This document shows, in pieces, positions 38,211-50,581 of a stretch of 64,000 nt of DNA. A program made the translations under genes and the position numbers. The notes under the pieces were generated by a model. It saw only the letters and a program-made list of their open reading frames with translations, was not told the origin of the DNA and made no database searches. Origin of the DNA: Pavona decussata (taxonomy: Eukaryota); contig CDRNST010000197.1 of assembly GCA_977016875.1 (NCBI GenBank), positions 496,001 to 560,000 of the forward strand. The letters run 5' to 3'. Numbering within the stretch: the first letter of the stretch is position 1; the number at the start of each line of letters is the position of its first letter.

Positions 38211-38486
38211 ATGCAGCCAATGAGTAACAATAGCCGGTTCAGCGTGAGAATAGAGGACAGCCACTCAGGTTAACCAGTGTTGACCTGTTTTTAAGGGCCA
38301 GTTGCATAGGTGATGTTTCGTTTCTCACCCACTAACAAAAAAACTCACAACCCAATAACACTCGGCACTCTTCTAAGCAACGTCAACACCAAAGAAGCCA
38401 GTTGTTCGTGTTCATTTTTACTGAACATCACACGATGATCATACCTTTGAGTGTGTCGTTCCAGTTTATGTCGGATGTTTGAGTCG

Positions 38487-38732
38487 CTGACACAGGCATA
38501 CTCAGAAAAAGAAAATCCGGCTTCTCCCAACAGGAGACGAACCTATAACCTTCCGAGTACTATATAGCTCGGATGCTCTACCATTAAGGCTCGATCACCA
38601 GCCGCTGTTCGGGAAATGAGCCCACGCTCAGCCCCGAAGAGAGGGAGGAAAGCTGGGACCGAGGGAACGGCGGAAATCGAGCCTATCTACCACGTGACTG
38701 CGCTACAGAAGACTCGTGGGAGCTAAGGCCAT
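38487..38732 (-). mobile_element. SINE-like repeat (family B) interrupted by a 100-bp MITE at 38586-38685
   Basis: The SINE sequence resumes after an insert with TIR AGGCTCGAT/ATCGAGCCT. TCTACCA is duplicated on both sides of the insert. Confidence 0.75.
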
Positions 38733-39340
38733 TACTGACAACTACTGACAATAAAAGGTATTCCGATACAGTGCATACTGAAAACGTCCATCATTCGTGA
38801 AGGCTATAGTATCTTTTGATGTTGTTCAGTTTCCATGTTCAGGATCCGACAACTATAACAGAAAGAGTGTTCGTTTTGTCGTCTTACAATATCGCACCTT
38901 GAGATGGAACCTTACTTTTTGGACCTTTTTCCTGTTACGGTAACTCGTCAAAACAATTCCTTTGTTTTAAACTCTTCGACGCCACAACGTGATAGATTGT
39001 GCTTCATCTCGGCGGGGGAAAGCCGCGGGGTAATTTAATTAACATACGTCTGTGCCTCAAAGAAAGAAAATCACAAAGGACTTTCCGAAGAGTTATTGTT
39101 TGTGAACGAACGCGCCAAACAATGAAACTGCCGAATCAAAAGTCTGAAGATTGTAACCCCAAACTGTTTATTGGTTGAAGTAGTTCCTACCTGCTGTTTC
39201 GGAACGGCAAAAGAACAATCGCTCGAAATGTAGGCCCATTTTGATGTAATTTGAAAGTGAGGTTGTTTGTGTTTGGTGACGTTGTGGAGTTAGACGAGTA
39301 TAAGAGCCATCGATGATTTTGTTCTTGTGATACAGACATC

Positions 39341-42300
39341 ATGTACGTTTTAACATTGTTCGTGTTGGCTAACGTGGTCTCTCTGGATTTCTGTGGCGGT
39401 AAGTTTCCGGCTGAATATTCGAATGTTCTTGTTTACACCAGTCTATATTCCGTTAACTGAATAAGAGAGATTGTTTTGCATGACCTAAATTTCCCATTTT
39501 CAGTTGTCTTTGCCAATATAATCCATGACTTGCTGTGATCATGGCTAAGACTAAAAGCGACAGAAAACTGCACTTGTATACGCTGCACAATTCGGTATCA
39601 CTTTCTTCATACAGCGGCTATTAATTAAGGGAGAGTAAACAGAGTTCGTTCAGGAAAGCCTTGCAGAGGGTAAGATCTTGAAAACATGAGCCTAGGAGAA
39701 ATAACGAATTCGTTTCGATATGTTGTTTACATGTTATAGCGAATTATAAGACAAAGTAAATTAATTCTCGGTTGACACGGAATCCCGCCGGACTCACTGA
39801 TCACCTTGCGTTTCTAACCGTCTGAACGTAACTCTGTGAATGGAATCCAGAACTTTCACCATTCAAATTGTATATAGAGCTGAAGAGCATCAATCTACTA
39901 AAGTGTAAAAATGATATATCTTATAAGAATGCTAGTCAAAAGGAAATTTCAGGAATACAATGATCCAGGTTCGTACATCAACGTTCGAGTCAACCTACCA
40001 TTTCGCCGATACAGTTGTTCGTGAACTTTGAAATCTGTGCCGGAATACTACCAAACGTCATAATTTGAAAATAACGTCGAATCAGGCCTTCCCCATTCCG
40101 TCTTGAGAAAAATGGGGACGAAATTGTGTTGAGCCGGTTGTAAATAACAAAAACATGAACCCAATGTAACAACCACCTCAGTTGTGCCTACTCCATTAAC
40201 AGAGTAATGCAGTCGTTTCTGCAAGTTTTTTTTCTTTCCGGTTGGCCGACCATGCTGTATGACAGAATATTTATGGTAAATTAAACTTCTCAAAAAGACA
40301 GTCTTTTTTTGAGAAGTTTAAGAGAACACACAAACTATTGTTGTCTAAAACTGTTTCTCTTTTTCTTAAAGCCTTCTGCAAGCACGTTGTTAGTAGTTCT
40401 GAAGAGTTAAGTGTAACATTTGTTTGGCACACGAACACATTTGCCACCGTTTTCATCAACAGAATACTTGCGTGGGTTCATCTATTTGCAGGAAGCGGTA
40501 TAACTGCATTCTACTGAATGCAGTGTGTTGTGGTTCTGACATTCTGTACATGATCACTCTAGCTTTTGATTCCTCATCATATAAAATAGCTTGACTTAAA
40601 AGTTAGCATCTCGTATTTTCCTATAGTACTGTTTAGTATGGATGGTGCTAGCATTTGCAGCCTCTGAGTTTGTGGATGGATTGTGAACTATGACGGTTCA
40701 AAACCTTGCAGTTAAAACTGTCATCATTGCATACTGTTTCAGGGTTATTCTTTCAAGGTGGCAGTCACTTTATTTTTTGATTGTATCATGCAAATGTCAA
40801 ATCCAACATGCGGCCATTCAATGCGGAAAGTTACTGAAGTACACTTCATCAGTTTAGTGCTGTTCCTTTTGATCATTCGTTGAATTTCTTCCAGCACTCT
40901 CGAGAGATAACGGATAGGGTATGTTTTCCTTGCTGATTTAACATAGGGTGTGTATTTTTGTTGTTGTGACCACAAGAAAAGGAAATAATATCAGGATAAG
41001 GTCAAAGACAGGTTGGGAGAAGTTTGGTCTCTGATCTTGGTTTAAAATTGAAGTCATTCGTGCCTATAGGCACACAACCTCCTCCCCCCAAAAATAAATC
41101 CAGTAGTGTCCACCCAGAATGACGGGGGTATACCTCAGCTTGTAATACAGGCATATCTCAGTATAGCAGACTCCCACAATCTCAAACGCCAGCTCGAACT
41201 ACTTGCTATCTCGAAGACAAATTTGTTGTCCTTGGATACACTTACTCATTTACTCCTTGATTTCACCCCTATTGGGGCACAAGGCCGCAACGACGACGTC
41301 ACCACTTGTTTTCTCAGATAGGACCTTGTTTCAACATATTGGGCTAGACGATACTGCATACTGTTTACATGTAGTAATTTACAGTTGGCTATATGTAAAT
41401 CCTTCTTTCTAGACTGTTGTTTTTTCAGGGTTTGTTTGTTTGTTTGTCTTAAGGCCTCGAGAAAGACGAGGGTACGGTTGCAATTGAGTTCTTTAATCGG
41501 CCTTACTAGACTCGTTCAGGAGTAAGAATTGTTTGGAATTATCAACTAAAAACCGAGGTTGTTATTAAAGTCAAGTTTGTTGCAACACAGGCAAAAAAAA
41601 AAAAGTGGATCCTGCAACGGGCTTAATTTCGGCGTGAACTTTTAAAGACATTTTCTCGATTTGTTTTCGTTAAAATTGTTAACATTAATGAGCTATGTCA
41701 GTCATAAAATAAACTAACGCAGTTGTTTAATCTTCTCGCATTGAATCATTCGAAACAATTCAATCAATCAATTAATCAATTAAATTAGATTTTATCTTCA
41801 AAGTTACACAAAATATAAAAAGTACAAAAAAAAAACGATTTTCATATACAAAAAAAAAGCAAAGCAGTCGGAGGAAGCGACCTAAAGGAAGCCATAAGCT
41901 TCACAATGACACTGCAGCATTTAGCATTGTATATTGTGTTTGTCCAAAGCAGAATGATTCAAATTTGGCATTCTTAGCCTGTGGGTCTCTGTGTGTGTTA
42001 AACCTGTGTCACCCTGCCAGCAGAGCCTTTCTTTTGCAAAAGGAGGCTCTGCTCGCAGGGTGAACTTGTGTCAAAAGTTTAGGAAAAACAGTTCAGACTC
42101 CCGCTGTCTGAAAAACGGCTCGAACGCTCAGCCTTGGGGCAAAAACAAACTGTTAGAGAAAGGGAGTGGTAACTAGCCGCAGTATCCAGTGGAAACGTGT
42201 TCTGTTAGAGAGAGCAAGAGTTTAGAGGGGAAGCACGGTTTTTTTTTTGTTTTGTTTTTTTATGAAATAGTGTGTTATTAAGGAAAGAGACAAGAGAGAA

Positions 42301-45300
42301 ATGAAAAATTTTGTACACACCGCCAGACAATCCGTCACCCACGCGAGATCACGTTGGCTTGTACGTCAGCAGATTGTTGCAGTGGTTTCCATCTGTTACC
42401 CGTTCAAATTTTCATTTTTAATCACCTTCGAAATTAAACATTTCCCAATTTACCTAAAATTAATGAAACTTCTACCATCCTACAAATCATAAAAAAATTC
42501 TGAAAGATCCATGATGTGGCCCACGTTATGACGACTTTTGAGGCATTTTTTAGATTGCTAACATCCTCGAAGAGATAATAACGATAAAATGCTAACAACC
42601 AGCTCAGAAAATCATAGCATTTTACCATGATGCCCCTTAAAGACAGCCTTTGGTCAAGTTTTCACGACTGGTTAGCTGGAGTTTATTCAGTCGATGTGTG
42701 CTGTTTATGAAGTATTTTAATTGAGGTTTATACAAAGTTTATACTCAAGGCTCGTGTTGTTTTTCAAAATTTAAGTGAGTTTCACTAACAGTAGGTCACC
42801 AACTGTTAAAGCAGAAAGCTCCTTGGGTGGTTATTTTACTGAATACTTTCAGATTTTTGTATCTGCTTGATTCGAACAAAGAAACGTATTAACAAAGAAA
42901 ACAAGAAAATTTAAAAAATTGTAGTTTGGCTTATTGAAGAAGCTACCCTGCTAGCAGAGCGTTTCTTCCCGGCAAGTTTCTTGGCATGTACTAAGCTGTT
43001 CGCGCCTCTGTTATTTCGCGTATTTTGGCTTGTTTAGAGAAGCAGAACTTGCAGTTTAGTTCTGTAAGGTTTGCAGTCCTTTTAACAAGAATAATTCGGC
43101 ATGAAAAGTGTAAAACATTACATTGCTTAAATTCGGTTAAAATGACAACCAAGAAATGAGATTTTTTTTACCATCCAATGACAGTCAACGGACGGCGTCA
43201 ACTTGGTGGTTTTTTGACGTCAAGCACTTTGGCCTTTTTGCACCTGCCTGCTGCGAGCAAAAAAAAAAAAACACGAACTAACAAAGCAAACGAGAAAACT
43301 TGAATTCTGGTTTGGCTGAGTAAAGAACAATTTGAAGTTGAATTAATTCTTGAGGTTTGCAGACTTTTTAAAAGAATCAGTATAAAAGGGTTAACCATGA
43401 AATTGCTTAAATTCAGTTGATCCACTAAACGAGATATTTTTTCACCCGGCGACGGTCAACGGAGGTCGTCATTATGAATTGATCGTCAGTTTGTCAACTG
43501 AACTAATATTTGCCCTAAATGGCTTTTTAAAACGACTAAATGTCAAGGAAATTTTGCCATCACAACCAACATGTTATTTGTGGTACTCCCATGAAACCCC
43601 ATTAAGACCCTCTTGTATGAATACCGTGTACGACATTTTGTAACAAATGAATAGCAATAAACCTAGACGATGAAGAGACTTGTTTATGGTTGCAGTTGCT
43701 GATCTTGTTGCTACACCAAGTTTTCCTTTGTAGGAATGTAGGCACGCAACCCGTACAGAATTGACCGCCACTCACTCAAATGTCGCGTTTAGTTGCGAGT
43801 GTTTGTTCCAGTGTTTGGCCCCTAATCATTTCCACTTATCTGCTGTTTTGTTAATGGTAAAAATCTTTTCTCCAGGACAAACCATGGACCAAATTTGTGG
43901 TGATGAACTTTTGACAACCAAAAACACTTTCACACCGTACAAGATTGATCAAAACCTAATGAAAAACCAAAACCATTTATGGCCACGTCCAGTATCTTAA
44001 AAGATAACGACTTTCCACAAGATCCCTTAATCTTCGTTAGATTAAACGGATGTTGCAGAAAGTACAATAGAGACAAACAGAATAAACAACTGTTCTCTGT
44101 CTGTAACAGCGTCATTGGCTCAAAACAAAACTGCGTAAACACGCGTAAGTACGATATAAAGACGTGAGAATTAGTTTCTAGAAGTCAGTTCTTAAGCCCA
44201 CTGACAAGATGGTTTTTCAGTATACAGCTCAAGTCTTCTATGATCGAACACTTAAAGACCGAATAAACACTAGAGAAACCCTCAGGGCAAAGACGAAAAT
44301 AAACAACAAACTCAAATCACATTCTGAATGATAACGAGTCGGGAATCCAGAAAACACTGTTGGTAGAAGCAACGAGCGCTCTCAACACCATCGCTCCATC
44401 CCGCCATCTCTCTTCCTTCAAGTATTATGTATTTATATAATACAAACTTTCATCTATTTTTTCAGGTCAGCCACACCTTGACTCAGAGCACCGCCTCATG
44501 CATGATTTGTTCGTAAACTACAGCAAAGAAGTTAGACCAGTCATCGACAAAGAAAAACCAATACCTGTCAACTTTGACATGATGTTCAGTCAGCTCGTAC
44601 AATTAGTAAGTGGACTTTAACATGTAAAATTTCAAAATTCGCCTACCTATGTCAAGGTGATTTGATCATGACAACTTCAATGTTTTCACCCGGCCTCTTA
44701 TGGGCTATTCAGGCGGATTTTGCTGGTTTTTGCAAAAATGTCTGCTTAGTTCTCAAGGGCAAATCAAGCATTCGTAGTCCCTTTAAGACCAACATTCAAA
44801 GGAAATTCAGCTTTCTTATTGCTACTTGTAGGATGGACGAAGCCAGATCATGACAAGTAAGGTTTGGATCAGGCAGGTATGTACTTTGTATGCTAGAGTG
44901 ATAAGCAATAAGAACTGGTAGTAGCACAGTGTCTGACTCTCAGCCAGGGTGATACACTTAGTATGTTCTCAAATGTTAGTTAATATCAACCTCGACGTTC
45001 TTATAAAAGAGGTTCTTAGAAAAAAAAAGTGTATTTGTTTGCTTATTATTGACATATGTATTTTTTTGTTAATTAATTAATTTCACAATTATTGTCTTGC
45101 TTTTGTTTGTGATTTTAGAGTTGGGAAAACCCTTTCTTGAGGTGGAATCCAGATGATTATGGCGGAGTAAAGTTCATCAATATCGACCCAAAGCTGGTGT
45201 GGAAACCTGATATTGTTCTTTATAACAGGTATGTCCCCGTTTCAAATTCTAACTCCTCTACCTTCACCCAGTCCTAATTATTTTTAATCATATTAAGAAA

Positions 45301-46678
45301 TAAACAATACTAAATAACAATGGACGGCAGATCATAATGATGGTGTTGGGAATGTGAACATAATTTCCTGTATTTTCAACTTCCCATCGGAAGGCAATTG
45401 TCTTACTGCTTCCCCTCCTCTCTCCCCCTACAATCCTTGCTTCCTCCACCGCTTTTTACATTCATGCCTATTTAGCAACTTTTCCACCATTCTATGCTGT
45501 TTTTGCGCACATAAAAAAAGTGTCTCATAAACTTTCGTAGAGTTTTCGTAACATCAGTTCTCTTATATTTTTGTACGTTGTCATTTCCTTCTAGCATTCA
45601 AAGTGACAGTGGTGAGATGTACAAATTCAACACCAAAGTCGTGATCAAGTACGATGGCTCGTGCCAGTGGTACGCGCCAACAGAAGTCAAAACAGTCTGC
45701 AAAATCGACATCACTTATTTCCCATTCGATCAGCAGCGTTGCACTATGGTTTTTGGTTCCTGGACTTACACCAGCTCCTGGCTGAACCTCAAACTTGCTC
45801 GAGAAAAAGTGGATTTATCCAACTACATTTTAAGTGGTGAATGGGACCTTGTTTCCGCCGAGGCTGTGCGAAATGTGGTAAAATACAGTTGTTGCCCAGA
45901 CCCGTATATAGATATCACTTACCATCTGCTTTTACAAAGGAGAGTTCTTTTCTACCTTAACAATTTGATCTTCCCGTGCGTGGCGCTTGCTATTCTGACC
46001 GTCTTCGCGTTTTTTCTTCCGCCAGAGGCCGGCGAGAGAATCTCGTTGATCATAACAATTCTTCTTGGCCTGACTGTCTATACTCTTATCTTCACAGAGA
46101 ACATCCCTCCTACTTCTGAAGTGACACCTCTCTTAACAAAGTACTCCACCGCCATAATGGCTTTACTAGGAACATCTCTAGTAGTTTCTTGTGTTGTTTT
46201 GTGGGTTTATCATCGAGACCCCTCAACGAAAATGTCAGCTGGCTTTGAATTCGTGGTCTTCAAGGTTTTTGCCAGGCTCCTTGGAGTAAAGTTTAAATCG
46301 GATGAAAGTCCAAAGGATGCGCCTAAGCGAAAAGGTTCCTCAGTTACCTTGGTTGCAGACCGCTGGCAAACTTATTTCCCTGTTCGGCGACGCAGCATAA
46401 CAGACGGTACAAGCGGTAACACAAGCCCGTGCAGCTCACCCAAAGGCACTGCACAAGAGTTTGTCTTCCCCTCGCAAATGGAGCGCAAGTTTGACCAGGT
46501 GATCGCAAAGCTCGATGCCGTCGCGAACTCTTTGTCAGTGGATCAAACTGAAGAAGACAAGAAAAAGAAATGGCACATGGCTGCTCAAGTTATCGACAAA
46601 ATATTCTTCTGGTTGTTTACCATAATAGTGATCGTGGTGACTGTGGTCATGTACTTCATGATCCCCAAGTACGATTAG
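39341..46678 (+). CDS. Nicotinic acetylcholine receptor alpha-type subunit, paralog 3 (~478 aa). Coding exons 39341-39398, 44466-44605, 44832-44876, 45119-45228, 45595-46678
   Basis: GT-AG introns and an in-frame join (1437 nt). Signal peptide [19 protein letters not shown] (exon 1 is the least certain); WKPDIVLYN; [15 protein letters not shown]; GSWTY; YSCCPDPY; PPEAGER-M2. Confidence 0.93.
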
Positions 46679-47765
46679 CAAAACAATTTGCTGACGCAGA
46701 TGACAACACTCCTCCAAGTACACAAACACCTTTAATTTGAGCGCCTTCCGCTTAGCCAAAATGTTTAGTTTGTTAGTGCCGAAAACTTTACTAGCCTAAT
46801 GAAAAGGCTTTTATCCAACCCGGCGAAAAGCCTCGTTTTCATTTACAAACTGGCAATCTCATTGGCGGATAAATCAAATCGTAAATCGTGGCGAATTTAA
46901 ATATTTTTCCGTGCTTTGTGGAGCTTCAGTTACTCCGCAATGCTTTGATTGAAAAAAATTTTTTTCTTCACCAGCAGCGTTGTTCTTTTCAAAGGTATAT
47001 CGCAGTATAATGTTATGGCAATTATTAATTTTAGTTTAGATTGATTGTTGAGATAGGCGTTATTTGATTTTTAACTTTAACGTCTGTTAACGGTTCTTTG
47101 TTTTTAACTTTGCTTGTTTGTTTGTTTGTTTGTTTGTTTGAGACCCAGAAAGCCAAAGTCTTCTTTTTTTACATACTTGAGAAACTCTTTAGATGTTTAG
47201 GACTTCTTGAAATATTTTTGCGATGTTTTAAGGGCATTTTGTGATGATAAACTGAAGGCTTGGGAGAACGAATCCGAGCTGAGTTCTCAAAACGTTTTAT
47301 TAGTATCACAACAACTTGTAGAAACAAGAAAATTTTCTAATTATTTTAAGAAATAAACACTCAAGGTTATTGTCTTAGCGTTACTGTTAAATGATTCTCA
47401 ACAAATCTCAGAAAACTTATGAAGTAGAACCTAATTCATTCAGGATATAATGAAACTGGTTGAATGGCTGTATAATAAAACGTTTTCTTTCATTCGGAAG
47501 AATGGCTTTACTGTTACTTTTACTGTATTCGAGCAGTTTACAATTGAGTGTCATAAGTAATTTTGGGTATGCTTAGGTTTGCTTAACCAGATCCAACCGT
47601 GGTACGCTCATACATTACACCTTTTCGCTCGCCTAACGCCATATCTACTTGAATTTTCTTCGAGTTCTGATTGGTTCATTGTGTTACTTACGATTGCTAT
47701 TATTCGTTAGCACGACATATATATATATATATATTTTTTTTTTTTTTGGGGGGGGGTCTTGTTTT

Positions 47766-47896
47766 NNNNNNNNNNNNNNNNNNNNNNNNNNNNNNNNNNN
47801 NNNNNNNNNNNNNNNNNNNNNNNNNNNNNNNNNNNNNNNNNNNNNNNNNNNNNNNNNNNNNNNNNNNNNNNNNNNNNNNNNNNNNNNNNNNNNNNN
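47766..47896. other. Assembly gap (N run)
   Basis: 131 N. Confidence 1.
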
Positions 47897-48177
47897 ACAC
47901 TCAGCCGTTTTTCTGTTGTACTTGACTCTTTCAATTAACATCTCATCTCTAACATTTCACCTTGCAGATGACTTAATTAGTCGAAAACGTTCGGTTTCTT
48001 TTTCTTTCAAACCTTTTTAGTCTTATAAAATAGTAATTTAAATTTAAGCGAATATTATGCACACTTCACCTTGTCTTACAGCACTATATTGTATTGTGCA
48101 AGTCATTTGAACATATTTGTTTAGATCAGTTTTAACCTCTGTCGTGATTACTCAACTAAACTGTTTAATTTTGAACG

Positions 48178-48556
48178 TTAAAGGGGCAATGTCACGGAGA
48201 TTTTGTTGTATGTCAAGTATTTAGCATAAAACCTTTTCTCTAACATGATATTGTTCGTAGAACCTTTGGAGGAAAACGTTAAATGATTTCTCCAATGAAG
48301 AGCAAACTACAAATCAGCTTTTGACAATTTTTTCAAAATACATTGGACGAACTTGAAAAATTAGCCATTTTGTCAAGTTGTAATCCATTTCCATCCAAGC
48401 CAACCGCAGCAAAAGATAACAAATAATAGCTTATGTATACTCCTAGGGTAATTGTCAACAATCCTGAACCAGTATTTTAACATTTCCATCGAAACAAATG
48501 TTTCAGTTTCGCTATCGAAAGGCACACTAAAATTCGGTAAAACACTCCCCCTTTAA
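48178..48556. mobile_element. Kolobok-like non-autonomous element related to 26558-26927
   Basis: TTAAAAGGGGCAATGTCACG start and CCCCCTTTAA end. Shares the internal GAACTTGAAAAA.TTAGCC...TCAAGTT..AATCCAT block. Confidence 0.65.
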
Positions 48557-48599
48557 GCTGCACCGGAAAAGTTCACTTTTATATCACAAATGTCACTTT

Positions 48600-50581
48600 C
48601 TAGTTCTCTTTGACTGACCCGTTAATATGTGCCTCGTACTGTTTAATATGACCCCTCTTCGTTGTGTTGGCGCCATGAAGTATTTTTCTGTTCATGAGAA
48701 AAACCTTCTTCCAACCGAGATCTTCAGCAACCGAATGGATTTCTGGAGGGATTTCCACAAAATGATTGATGTAAAGTCTTTTCCATAACGTTTCACTTGA
48801 GCAAACGTTATACAAGGCTCTACAAACCTGAAATAGAATAGAAGAAGGAGATGAAGAATAAAACACATTAGCCACAGAGGAAGGGTTGAGGACGGGGAGG
48901 GAGGAATCGTGGAAGGGAGGGGATGGAAGTGGAAAAGAAAACAGGAGTCACTCCAAGGCATCTCCCTGATTGCAAGTTTGTTGTTGTTGTTGTTGTTGTT
49001 GTTGTTTTTCGCATCGCTCAGTTAAGAACAATTTGAACCGCACGAAAGTAATGCTAACTACTGCGACCATTCGCAAGGAATCATCGCCTTTCAAATCGCC
49101 TTGAAGATGGACTTAACATAAAAAAGTCTCACACTATCTATCAATCTTTCCAAAATAAGAAAAGGAACAAGAAAAAGATATAACTCGAAGTTGGAAAAGC
49201 ACCAAACTAGGGATGAAAAATATGTTGTTTCAATGTCGTTTTGTTATGTAATTTATTCAGAATGGCCGCTGTTTGAATAGATATAAAACATGACATAAAA
49301 TCTGGGATTATCAGATTTTCATTAATTCACTTTATTTTGAAGAGACATTTCCCTTAAATCTGATGTTTCTTCTAAAATGATCCTTTCAAGTGTGAGAATA
49401 TTACGATCTGTCAATTATTTTTATAGTAATTCTGGCTATACTTTGTCAAACCCGCTGCGAAAAAGAAATCAATACAAGATATGTTTATTTTCATTAAGTG
49501 TGGTTGTCTCACATTGTTCTCCACAACCACGGAAACTGCTATGAGACAATGTTTAAAATAACAGTCATAATTAGATAGATTTGACCGGATTTTTTTCAAA
49601 AAAGACATTTAAATTAAAATAACGTAATAATGGAAATCTGTAAGTAATAGATTTCCACCAAAGTGTGAAATGTTTTAGTTTATTGAATTAAGTTGTTTTT
49701 TCTTTATTACTTTCTGAAAAGGGTTGCTTTCTTTTGAAATACATTATTTTGTTTGTGGAAAAAAAAATGAAAATCACTTACTTAAAACTAATATACATGT
49801 ATATATGTCCTAAAATTATTGTTGTTGAAAGGGAATTTTTTTAGTCAAAAAGCAGGGAAAACCTCGAAACTTTCCAGCAGTTTTAGTGTATAAATAAACT
49901 GACTAAATTCAAAGAAGAATTAGTTATTCATAGGAAAGTAATTGCTTATCAAGAATCCTTTGCATCATTAAAATTGTTTTCGATTTCACAAAAAAGTAAA
50001 TTTTCACCCAGCTACTATTGATTTTACAACATGCAGTTACATTGAAAATAGTCCAGTCTTTATGTACCAGCAACCGTTTCTATCAGTAAAAATAAGTAAT
50101 TATTGGCTGATGTCACGACCACTAGGGCCTGACACGATATTAAACGGCGAACTAAATGCCAGTATCTTACCTGAGCAAGTCGGGCAATGTCAAGAAGATC
50201 AAGTCGAACAATAATTTCAATCAAGGTATCACTCTTCAGGAAAGGCAGCCAGCTCTGTGTAACCAAAGAGAGAACATAATTCAAAGTATCGGCTCCAAGA
50301 ACTCGCCTTATTTCACTCTGCAGCCATACGCCATTCGAGGATTCCACAAATTCCTGCCACGATTGAATCGTTTCACTTGGCAACCGCGTATCACTCCGCA
50401 AGGTTATTCTCCACGAGCGCCATATGACCAAATCTTTCTCGACGCACAAAGAAAAAAAATCTTTACTCGGTGCCTGTCCCACTCCAGATTTCTCAAAAAT
50501 TATGTCGGCGCGTTTTGATGTTTTCATAACGCCGTTTTTGCGATTTCTGCTGTTGAAATAAGCGATAGATGCCGTTTCCAT
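48600..50581 (-). CDS. FBXO36: F-box only protein 36-like (~212 aa). Exons 50581-50171 and 48827-48600
   Basis: Motifs GQAPSKDFF, VIWRSWRITLRS, an F-box (LKSDTLIEIIVRLDLLDIARLAQVCRALYNVCSSETLW) and AEDLGWKKVF match my recollection of FBXO36 (PPSKDYY, IFRWWKISLRS, LDLEDIARL, AEDTGWRQLF). Phase-0 intron with CAG|GTAAGA donor and tttcag acceptor. Confidence 0.88.

Noticed and set aside
45595-50581. nAChR-FBXO36 adjacency as conserved synteny with vertebrates
   Set aside because: It cannot be tested here, and these receptors are not demonstrably orthologous to any specific vertebrate subunit.
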